Positions 17,885 to 26,139 of a DNA stretch of 40,190 nucleotides are shown here, one piece after another. The notes under the pieces were generated by a model. That model was not told the origin of the DNA, made no database searches, and saw nothing but the letters and a program-made list of their open reading frames with translations. Position numbers and translations under genes: made by a program. The stretch's first letter is position 1; each line of letters starts with the position of its first letter. The stretch spans positions 1 to 40,190 of the forward strand of contig JAUWYL010000008.1 of NCBI GenBank assembly GCA_030615855.1, written 5' to 3'. The stretch comes from a bacterium. Lineage in GTDB: Bacteria > UBP18 > UBA7526.

Positions 17885-18790
17885 CTAACTTTCTCTTTTG
17901 GGTGGTTTCGTCTTCCAGCGCTTATAGGTCCAGAGCCACTGCTCGGGATATTTTCTCACGTAATTCTCGAGTATTTTGGTATACTTTTGCACATTTACCA
18001 GGATATTTTTCTCCCTATCGCCAGTCGATTCCAGTTCCATTGGAGAATCGATGATAATCCTGTGTCTATTATTCTTCTCTCTTATGGTGATCATGGGAAG
18101 GATGGTGGCTCCGGTTCTTTTGGCTAAAATAACAGGGCCAGGAGCAGTGGCCGCTGGATGGCCGAAGAAATCAACAAATATCCCTCTGGGAAAATCCCGA
18201 TCCCCATGGAGACCCAAGATCTTGTTCTCCTTTAGCCAGGCTAAGGACTTCTGAGCCGAGAGGCGACGAGGCAAGGCAGGAATAATATCCAAACCTAAGT
18301 GATTCCCGATATCTACGAAAAGCCTTGCTCCCTTCTTGAGGCTGGTGCCATACATAACAAAAGCAAAGGGAGTGCCCTCCTGGGTGAGCCTTGCTCCCAT
18401 TAAAACAAAGTTGCCGAAGTGGCCTATAAGGGCGACCACTCCCTTTCCCTTTACAAGGGCTTTATCCAGGTTCTCCTTCCCCTCTATGGTGAACATCTCT
18501 CTAAGTTTCTCAGGTGAGATTTTATACTTGAATCCTTCACAGCCATTCTTAATCCAATTGCGATAGCTCTGGAAGGCAATTCTTCTAATCTCTTCCGCAG
18601 ACTTCTCTTTCCCAAAGGCACGATTGAGATTCTCAAAGACTGTCTTGTGGAAGATGCCCAATACCCAGGCAATCCTTGCTAAGGCCTCTGCTAAAAGATA
18701 GAGCGCCCCCCAGGGAAGGATATTAGCCAGCCAAACGAAACCTTTTAAAGATAGATATTCCAATTCATGCTTTATTTTCTTCTGCTTCAC
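17885..18790 (-). CDS. LpxL/HtrB-like acyltransferase, paralogue 1
   Basis: GHFGN, GIFVDFFG.PAATAPGP, YPEQWLWTYKRWK. Confidence 0.85.
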   Translation of the reverse strand: MKQKKIKHELEYLSLKGFVWLANILPWGALYLLAEALARIAWVLGIFHKTVFENLNRAFGKEKSAEEIRRIAFQSYRNWIKNGCEGFKYKISPEKLREMFTIEGKENLDKALVKGKGVVALIGHFGNFVLMGARLTQEGTPFAFVMYGTSLKKGARLFVDIGNHLGLDIIPALPRRLSAQKSLAWLKENKILGLHGDRDFPRGIFVDFFGHPAATAPGPVILAKRTGATILPMITIREKNNRHRIIIDSPMELESTGDREKNILVNVQKYTKILENYVRKYPEQWLWTYKRWKTKPPKRES

Positions 18791-20091
18791 TCCAATAATT
18801 TCCCTATCAGTTCTACAGTTTTCTCTGATGCTCCTTGATGTTCTTTAACAATCCTTTGGGCCTTTTCGCCCAATCCCTCTCTTTCTTCAGCGCCTCTTAG
18901 AAGGCTTAAGACCTTCTCTAAGAGTTCTTCCTTATTCCTGATCTGAATCCCCCCTTCCCCTTCTTTAAGCAATCGTGCGCTCTCTATGAAGTTGTGCATG
19001 TAGGGGCCGAAGAGGGGTGCCTTGCCTAAGGCAGCAGGCTCCAGAATATTATGGCCCCCAATAGGAACCAGGCTTCCTCCCACAAAGACCACTGTTGCTA
19101 AGGAATAAACCTTGGCCAATTCGCCGATAGTGTCAAGGAGAATGATCGGTCGGTGATCGGTGATCGGTGATCGGTGATCAGTAATTTGGGAGCGGCGGAT
19201 ATAAGAGAGATTTCTATTTTTACATAAGGACTCGACTTCTGGGATGCGTTCTGGGTGGCGAGGGGTAAGGATGAGTCTTAGGTCTGGAAATTCTTCTTTT
19301 ACTTTTTGATAAATATCTAAAATAATCTCCTCTTCTTTGGGATGGGTGCTTCCTGCGACCAGAACCAGATCCTTTAAGGAAATCTTTAGTTCTTCAGCCA
19401 ATTTCTCCATATCTGGGGGTTCGGTCTTCAGTCCATCGAACTTGACATTGCCTGTGGTATAGACCCTCTCCTCTGAAACCCCTAAAGAGATGATTCGCTC
19501 CTCATCCAGTTTAGACTGCATGCTGAATAGATCGATATTAGAGAGTACTCTTTTTAGAAAGGGTTTTATTATTCTATAGCCTTTATACGATTTAGATGAA
19601 ATCCTACCATTGACTACTGCCAAAGGGATTTTCCTTCTCTTTGCTTCCCTTATGAAATTGGGCCAGAGCTCAGTCTCAACCATAATGAAGAGCTTTGGCT
19701 GGATAACCTTCAAAACTTTATTTACGATCCATTTAAAGTCTAAAGGAAAGTAGATGATTTCCTTGGGATCAGAAATGGCCTTCCTTGCCATATCCTGGCC
19801 AGTATCAGTCACTGTAGAGATTAAAAAGTTATCGTTTGGAAATCTCTTTTTTATAGCATCTATTATGGGAGAGGCAGCGATTACCTCTCCCACACTCACC
19901 GCATGAACCCAGATGATATCTTTATTCTTTACTTTAGGAATTAACCCCGCTCCTGTGTACAGGGGGGGGGTAAACCCCAGACGCTGTTTCAATCCCTTCT
20001 TATACTTTCCTTTAGTAATCATTCTGAATAAAAAGTAGGGACTGGAGAAGAGCAAAAATAAAAATAGCAAGAGACTATAGATAAGATACAT
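18787..20091 (-). CDS. waaA: Kdo transferase
   Basis: IWVHAVSVGE, ST.T.TG, YFPLD, ETELWPN, TGNVKFD, AGSTH..EE, PRHPER, DTIGEL, GGHNILEPA. Confidence 0.97.
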   Translation of the reverse strand: MYLIYSLLLFLFLLFSSPYFLFRMITKGKYKKGLKQRLGFTPPLYTGAGLIPKVKNKDIIWVHAVSVGEVIAASPIIDAIKKRFPNDNFLISTVTDTGQDMARKAISDPKEIIYFPLDFKWIVNKVLKVIQPKLFIMVETELWPNFIREAKRRKIPLAVVNGRISSKSYKGYRIIKPFLKRVLSNIDLFSMQSKLDEERIISLGVSEERVYTTGNVKFDGLKTEPPDMEKLAEELKISLKDLVLVAGSTHPKEEEIILDIYQKVKEEFPDLRLILTPRHPERIPEVESLCKNRNLSYIRRSQITDHRSPITDHRPIILLDTIGELAKVYSLATVVFVGGSLVPIGGHNILEPAALGKAPLFGPYMHNFIESARLLKEGEGGIQIRNKEELLEKVLSLLRGAEEREGLGEKAQRIVKEHQGASEKTVELIGKLLE

Positions 20092-20114
20092 ACACCCTCG
20101 GTAACGCTCAGGTA

Positions 20115-20187
20115 AATCCCAAATTCCAAACTCGAAACTCTAAAAAACTTTCCTAATTTTGAGTTTTGAGTTTTGAGTTTTAAGTTT
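20115..20187. repeat. Heptamer inverted-arm repeat
   Basis: AAATCCC AAATTCC AAACTCG AAACTCT ... (TTTTGAG)x3 TTTTAAG. Confidence 0.7.
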
Positions 20188-20830
20188 GAACGAAGTAGTT
20201 GTCTGCTTCCTCTGTGAGCCTGTTTAGGACTTCTTCTAATTCTTGGGTCTTTTCTTTTATTATCTTTTGTGATGCTTTAGGTGGAACCCTAATTGGTTTT
20301 CCATATATAATTATTCCCCGGCTAAAAAAACGAGGAAGGATGAACTTGCTCCAGTTATCAAGATAGACCTTCCTTCTATTAGCATTGGAGCTCAATGGGA
20401 TAATAGGCATCTGAGTCTTCTGAGCGAGGCGGATTACCCCTTCTTTTACCTTATAGATGGGGCCCCTCGGGCCATCGGGAGTAAAGGCACCATCGAAACC
20501 CTCTTTTAATTTCTTAGCCATCAGAAGAAGCGCCCTGCCTCCACCGCGCGATGTAGAACCGCGAAGGGTCCTACTCCCTAAGTGGTGGAGGATGCGGGCA
20601 AGATACTCACCATCACGATGTCTGCTCACCAGAGCATAGATACTCTGATTGCGCAGGTGATAGGTGGGTAGAAGCATCCTTCCATGCCAGAAGGCATAGA
20701 TGACTCTTTCTCCCTTTTTGCGAAGCCTTTTTAGAGGCCCCTCGCCTTTTATCTCGATTTTCAATGTCTTCCCCAAGAGAAGCATAAAGAGCCAACCGAG
20801 AAAGGACATTATGCTTGGAGAAAATTTCAT
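20180..20830 (-). CDS. DUF374 lysophospholipid-acyltransferase-like protein
   Basis: YAFWHGR, VSRHRDGE, RGSTSRGG, TPDGPRGP; lies between msbA and waaA. Confidence 0.9.
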   Translation of the reverse strand: MKFSPSIMSFLGWLFMLLLGKTLKIEIKGEGPLKRLRKKGERVIYAFWHGRMLLPTYHLRNQSIYALVSRHRDGEYLARILHHLGSRTLRGSTSRGGGRALLLMAKKLKEGFDGAFTPDGPRGPIYKVKEGVIRLAQKTQMPIIPLSSNANRRKVYLDNWSKFILPRFFSRGIIIYGKPIRVPPKASQKIIKEKTQELEEVLNRLTEEADNYFVQT

Positions 20831-20910
20831 CTACCCCTCGCTAACGCTCGGAGTAAGAAAGTATTTTTCATCTTGACTTTGCTTCTTTCAATTCCTACTC
20901 TGATACTTTC

Positions 20911-22782
20911 CTACTCTTTTGTTCTGTTCACTGTGTCCCTGAATTGCATCTCATAGAGTCTCTTGTAGAGTCCACCCTGAGCCAGAAGTTCCTCATGAGT
21001 TCCCTTTTGAACAATCCTTCCCTTCTCCAGGACGATGATTTTATCTGCATTCCTCACTGTTGATAGCCGATGGGCGATGACGAAGGTCGTCCTTCCCCTC
21101 ATTAGTTTATCCAAGGCCTCCTGAACTAACCTTTCTGACTCACTATCCAAGGCACTAGTGGCCTCATCCAGAATTAAAATGGGAGGGTTCTTCAATATTG
21201 CCCGAGCAATGGCTAATCTCTGCCTCTCCCCTCCAGATAACTTCACCCCCCGCTCTCCGATAATGGTATCGTAGTCCTTTTCTGTGGCCATGATGAAGTC
21301 ATGGGCATTGGCTGCTTTAGCGGCTTTAACAATCCCTTCTTCACTGGCTCCCGGTTTTCCATAGGCGATATTATTCCGAATGGTATCGTTGAATAAGAAG
21401 GTCTCCTGGGTAACGATCCCAATCTGGCCCCGTAAGGATTTGATGGTTGCTTTTTTAATATCCTTTCCATCTATGGCTATCCTTCCTTTTGTGGGGTCGT
21501 AGAAGCGAGGAATGAGATTTACTAAGGTGGTCTTACCCACCCCAGTTGGTCCCACTAAAGCCAGGATCTCTCCCACCTTTGCTTCAAGACTGATATCCTT
21601 CAGAATCTCTTCCTTCTCGTAAGAGAAACTGGCCTTTTTAAACTCAATTCTCTCTTTTATTCTGGGTAGTTCTTTAGCATCCTCTGCCTCTTTTACCGTG
21701 GGTTCGGTATCCAGAACCCGGAAGACTCTCTCTGCTGCTGCTAATCCCTGCTGGATCTCGGCATTCACCTTGGAGAGTCTCTTCATGGGCTGGGCCAAAG
21801 AACCCAGAGCAGCGGCGAAGATTACGAAGAGTGGCCAGGAGATGAGTCCCTTTATAACCTGCATACATCCATACCAAACGATGACCACAATGCCCAGAAC
21901 AGCGAAGAGTTCTGTTAGGGGAGAGATTAGGGCATCCCTTCTGGCCCACTTCATGAGAGTTCTGAAGAGACTCTTGTTCTCTTTTCTGAACCTCTCGTTC
22001 TCCTTCTCCTCCATACTAAAAGCCTGGACAATGTGGATCCCGGATACCGTCTCCTGGAGGTTAGAATAAACATTGGCCATCTTCTCCTGGGAGCGGGTGG
22101 TAAGCTTCCTAATCCTCCTTCCCAGACGGGAGACGGGCAGGGCGATAAAGGGAGTGACAGCGAGGTAGACTAAGGCCATCTGCCATCTGATAGCAAAGGC
22201 CAGGACAAGACAGATAATAATATTACAGGGCTGGAGGAGGAGATTTCTCAGGCCACTGGTAATCGAGCTCTGGACCGCTCCCGTATCATAGGTGAGACGG
22301 GAGATGATCTCACCAGAGCGTCTCTCAGTGAAATAATCTAAGGAAAGGAAGGAGATGTGGCGGTAGAGGTCATTACGCAGATCGATGACCACCCTCTGGC
22401 CGATATAGGACATGAGATATTCCTGGTAGTAGCTACTCAAACCTTTAGCAAAAGTAGCAATTACCATAGCAACAAGGATGAAAAGTAGGACTTCTTTTCT
22501 GGTATACTTTTCATAAAAATAGAGGAGCTTCTCCTGGGCCCTCCCCTTCCAGCTTCTCTCGAGTTTAGCGATATAGTCAGGGACAAGCTCCTCTTTCACT
22601 CCCAGTTCTTTAACATCAAATAGGGCGATAGGTTCTGGGGAGAGGACCTTGCCCATCAGAGGAAGGCCGGTAACGAGAGTAAAGCCAGCGAATATTGCAG
22701 CAAACCACATACAGATTAAAGCAACCAAGAAGCGTCCCTTATATGGTCTAAGGTATCTTAATAGCCTTCTATAGAGTCCCAT
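20911..22782 (-). CDS. msbA: Lipid A/LPS flippase, ABC exporter
   Basis: TMD plus NBD: GPTGVGKT, LSGGERQR, LILDEATSALD, IAHRLSTV; lipid A gene context. Confidence 0.88.
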   Translation of the reverse strand: MGLYRRLLRYLRPYKGRFLVALICMWFAAIFAGFTLVTGLPLMGKVLSPEPIALFDVKELGVKEELVPDYIAKLERSWKGRAQEKLLYFYEKYTRKEVLLFILVAMVIATFAKGLSSYYQEYLMSYIGQRVVIDLRNDLYRHISFLSLDYFTERRSGEIISRLTYDTGAVQSSITSGLRNLLLQPCNIIICLVLAFAIRWQMALVYLAVTPFIALPVSRLGRRIRKLTTRSQEKMANVYSNLQETVSGIHIVQAFSMEEKENERFRKENKSLFRTLMKWARRDALISPLTELFAVLGIVVIVWYGCMQVIKGLISWPLFVIFAAALGSLAQPMKRLSKVNAEIQQGLAAAERVFRVLDTEPTVKEAEDAKELPRIKERIEFKKASFSYEKEEILKDISLEAKVGEILALVGPTGVGKTTLVNLIPRFYDPTKGRIAIDGKDIKKATIKSLRGQIGIVTQETFLFNDTIRNNIAYGKPGASEEGIVKAAKAANAHDFIMATEKDYDTIIGERGVKLSGGERQRLAIARAILKNPPILILDEATSALDSESERLVQEALDKLMRGRTTFVIAHRLSTVRNADKIIVLEKGRIVQKGTHEELLAQGGLYKRLYEMQFRDTVNRTKE

Positions 22783-22792
22783 TTAAGCCTCC

Positions 22793-23008
22793 ATTGAACA
22801 TTGAGCATTGAACATTGAGCATTGAAATCCGAAATCCAAAACCAGAAATCCGAAAAAATGTCTAAATGCCTCAATGACTAAATTTAACATTTGGAAATTT
22901 GAGCATTGATTCGTTATTCGTCATTCGGGTTTCGCCATTTAATTTGGTGATTGGTTATTACTTTTTTCTTTTCATTTTGCATTGTTAACTTTGCATTTTG
23001 CATTTTTA
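22793..23008. repeat. Stacked heptamer repeats between lpxB and msbA
   Basis: (ATTGA[A/G]C)x4, GAAATCC units with an inverted TTCGGGTTTCG arm, and TTTTGCA units. Confidence 0.75.
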
Positions 23009-25075
23009 CTTGGTTGATTCCAAGGTTTCCAGGATATTTTCCGCTGCTCTTCTCGGTGCCCCAGGCTCTCCCAGTTTCTCCTTTACTTTGGCCAGTTCGG
23101 CCTTCATCCCATTCAATCTTTTAGAATCCTGCAAGATCTTTAGGGCAGCTTGGGCGATTTTTTCTGGTCTTGCTCCGTATTGCAGAAACTCAGGAACTAT
23201 TTTTCTACCGGCTACGACATTCACCAATCCAATATAGGGAATCTTTAACAAGATCTTCGATAATAACCAGGTAGTGAAATGGACCTTATAGATAATAATC
23301 ATGGGAAGGCCTAAACAGGCGTTCTCTAAAGTGGCGCTTCCCGAGGCCACCAGGGCAAAGTCCATTATATTCCGAGCATCAAAGGTAGGATCCTCCACTA
23401 TCCTAATAGAGGAATTTACCCTCTTTAATACAGTATTCACCCTTTCTCTGGAGAGGGTGGGGGCCAGGGGTAGGATGAACTGAGAATCTGGTATTCTTTC
23501 CTTTATTCTCTTTGCGGTTTCAACCATTACTGGAAGGAGGCGCTTGATCTCTCCTTCTCTACTACCTGGTAAGAGGCCAATGATGGGTTTATTCTTCTCA
23601 AGTTTGAACCTCTCATAGGCTTTCTCCTTAGGAAGAAGAGGTTTAACGATATCCATGAAGGGATGGCCGATAAAACTTACCGGGCAACCCGCTTCCTGAT
23701 AAATTCTTTCCTCAAAGGGAAGAATGACGACCATCTTTTTCACTAAATTGGTGATCTTCTTTACCCTTTTCCTTCCCCAGGCCCAGACCTGGGGACTGAT
23801 GTAATAATTAACTGGGATATTCTTCTTTCTGGCCTTCTTCGCCACCCTCAAGTTGAACCCGGGATTATCGATTAAGATTATCCCCTGAGGCCTCTCCTTC
23901 TCCATGAGATCGTCTAACTTCTTGAGGATTCTACGAAAGACTTTAATATGTTTCAGGACCTCAACGAAACCAACTACTGCTATCTGGGTAATATCGGAGA
24001 CCAGCCTCACCCCGGCCTTCTCCATCCTCCTTCCCCCAATCCCAAAGAGTTCTATCTCTGGAGAAAGATTCTTTAGTTCTTGGACAAGATAGGCTCCTTG
24101 GAGATCGCCACTGGCCTCTCCGGCCAAAATCATGATCCTCCTCTGGGGCTTAATTTGACGAGATATCTCCCAAGCAATGGCCAGCGCCTCCCTCCCTGCT
24201 TCTCCGGAAACCAGGGGTTCCTGGCCTCTCTGAACGGCGTGAATAAAGGCCTCCAGTTCCAACTTTAAGGGTTCTATCTTCTCAATCTCTGGTTGGGAAG
24301 GGACGATCCTCACCCCACCATCTGGGGTAATCTCCCGACGATAGACTAAAAGTTCCTGATTGATATAATCTAAGGAGAGATAGGCATCCCTCTGAAATAT
24401 CCTTATCTTCCTGGTCTCCTCTTTTGTCACGCGACTGGCGGTGATATTTGCGATACAGCCATTCTCAAATGTGATTCGGGTGTTGGCAATGTCCTCTTCC
24501 TGGGAGAGGACAGGTACTCCTACCGCCTCTATTCTCTTGACCGGTGAATTGACCAGGGAGAGGATAATATCGATGTCGTGGATCATGAGATCCATAACCA
24601 CTCCTATATTGGCTGCCCGGGGCTTAAAGGGGCCCAAACGGTGGCATTCTATAAACCTCGGGTCCTTGATTATCCTATTTAGGGCGGAGACCGCGGGATT
24701 GAATCTTTCAATATGGCCTACCTGCAAAACGAGTTTCTTCTTCTTCGCTAATCTGAGTAGTTCGTCTGCTTCTCCCAGAGTCTGGGTCATGGGCTTCTCA
24801 ATCAGAATATGGACCCCAACATTCAAGAAGTCCTTACTTATTCTATAATGGAGTTCTGTGGGAACGGCGATGCTTGCAACATCCACTCTTTTTAAGACTT
24901 GAGTATATTCTGTATAAGCAGAGGTTTTATATTCCTGGGCGATCCTCCTTGACCTCTCTTCATCGATATCGACCACAGCCACCAGTTCCACATCAGACAT
25001 CTCAGAGTAGATCCGAGCGTGATGCTGTCCCAGGTGTCCTACACCAATTACTGCTATTTTAATTAGCTTCGTCAT
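23006..25075 (-). CDS. lpxB: Fusion of a Gfo/Idh/MocA oxidoreductase (GnnA-like) and lipid-A-disaccharide synthase
   Basis: Residues ~1-310: GVGHLGQHH, IEKP, QVGHIERFNPA, DLMIHDID. Residues ~312-689: AGEASGD, ID.PGFN, YISPQVWAW, ILPFE, GHP, LLPGSR..E, SGSATLE, VPEFLQ. One continuous frame. Confidence 0.93.
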   Translation of the reverse strand: MTKLIKIAVIGVGHLGQHHARIYSEMSDVELVAVVDIDEERSRRIAQEYKTSAYTEYTQVLKRVDVASIAVPTELHYRISKDFLNVGVHILIEKPMTQTLGEADELLRLAKKKKLVLQVGHIERFNPAVSALNRIIKDPRFIECHRLGPFKPRAANIGVVMDLMIHDIDIILSLVNSPVKRIEAVGVPVLSQEEDIANTRITFENGCIANITASRVTKEETRKIRIFQRDAYLSLDYINQELLVYRREITPDGGVRIVPSQPEIEKIEPLKLELEAFIHAVQRGQEPLVSGEAGREALAIAWEISRQIKPQRRIMILAGEASGDLQGAYLVQELKNLSPEIELFGIGGRRMEKAGVRLVSDITQIAVVGFVEVLKHIKVFRRILKKLDDLMEKERPQGIILIDNPGFNLRVAKKARKKNIPVNYYISPQVWAWGRKRVKKITNLVKKMVVILPFEERIYQEAGCPVSFIGHPFMDIVKPLLPKEKAYERFKLEKNKPIIGLLPGSREGEIKRLLPVMVETAKRIKERIPDSQFILPLAPTLSRERVNTVLKRVNSSIRIVEDPTFDARNIMDFALVASGSATLENACLGLPMIIIYKVHFTTWLLSKILLKIPYIGLVNVVAGRKIVPEFLQYGARPEKIAQAALKILQDSKRLNGMKAELAKVKEKLGEPGAPRRAAENILETLESTK

Positions 25076-25094
25076 ACTTCTCCCTACTATTGTA

Positions 25095-25210
25095 AATTAG
25101 TTGGATTAGTATATTAGGTGGATTTTTACCCAACTAGTCCAACCAATCCACCTATTTTAAGATACCGAAATTTCAATAAAACAAGGTTCTCCGATGAAAT
25201 CGGAGGTTCT
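25095..25210. repeat. Inverted-arm repeat plus CTCCGATGAAATCGGAG hairpin
   Basis: TAGTTGGATTAG...TAGGTGGA / TCCAACCAATCCACCTA; hairpin at 25189-25205 flanked by AGGTTCT. Confidence 0.7.
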
Positions 25211-25229
25211 TATTTTACTGACTTCTATC

Positions 25230-26036
25230 TTATTTGGCTACGATACTGATTCCTGCCTCATTGGCCATTTCGATGAGCCGCTCTCTATCCAAGAGGACGG
25301 TCTTCCGAGCATCGATAGCTAAACAGGAAGCATTAATCTCTTTTAATGCCTTCAAGGTCTCTGTGCCCACCACAGGTAGATCGAGCTGAATCTCACCCTC
25401 TTCTCTGGCAACCTTGACCACTACCGCTTTCTCCTTTGCCAATCTTCCACCCCTTCTTATGGTCTTATCCGTCCCCTCAGCGCTCTCTACAGCTAAGATG
25501 GTTTGCTCCTTGACCACCACGGTTAAGGAACTCATTTTTAAAACCCGGGCAATCTCTTTGGCTATTCTTCTGCCAAAATCCATATCCTCTTCTTCTTCCC
25601 GAGAAGGCTTCCTCTCAGTAAGGACTCCTTCCTTAGGAATGAGCGGGGAAAGAAACTCCCTGGGATCGGCTACTCTTACTCCTGTCTGGGCTAACTTATC
25701 CCTTAGAGCCCCCAAGAGAGAATCATCACTTTTATCCTTTAGATTAGTGAGAAGGGCTCTTGCTTCATCGTCCAGTTTTAGATTGGTGAATAGAGAATCC
25801 TTTGATATCCTCCCCACCATAGCTAATTCTTCGATCGCTTCTTCTTTCAATATCTTGATTAACTTTCCGAGCTCTCCCAATCCTATCCAGTGAACTTTTT
25901 CTATTTCCTTTTCTATTCTTAGAGAAGCCTCACCCTTTATACCAATTGCTACCACTTCCTTTCCCTCTTTCTGAAGAGCCTGAATGAAGAAGAGGGGAAA
26001 CTTGCCCTTGCCGGCAAGGAGTCCTATCCTTTTCAC
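25230..26036 (-). CDS. lpxI: LpxI family UDP-2,3-diacylglucosamine diphosphatase (divergent)
   Basis: RIGLLAGKG.FP, LGELGK.I..L, D..LL, AVE..EGTD.TIRRGG, DLPVVG..T; lies after lpxA. GTG start at 26036 follows AGGAGG. Confidence 0.88.
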   Translation of the reverse strand: MKRIGLLAGKGKFPLFFIQALQKEGKEVVAIGIKGEASLRIEKEIEKVHWIGLGELGKLIKILKEEAIEELAMVGRISKDSLFTNLKLDDEARALLTNLKDKSDDSLLGALRDKLAQTGVRVADPREFLSPLIPKEGVLTERKPSREEEEDMDFGRRIAKEIARVLKMSSLTVVVKEQTILAVESAEGTDKTIRRGGRLAKEKAVVVKVAREEGEIQLDLPVVGTETLKALKEINASCLAIDARKTVLLDRERLIEMANEAGISIVAK

Positions 26037-26139
26037 CCCGCCCCTCCTTTTACATTCAAACAAATAATTCCTATCAAGGAAAAATCCACCATTTCAGGCT
26101 TTTCAGTCTTAAAATTATCAATCTTACGAGGGGCGGGGT

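Noticed and set aside
16978-17956. Diversity-generating retroelement TR/VR pair at the acyltransferase 3' ends
   Set aside because: The tract is short and identical, both copies are coding, there are no adenine-specific mismatches, and no reverse transcriptase is present.
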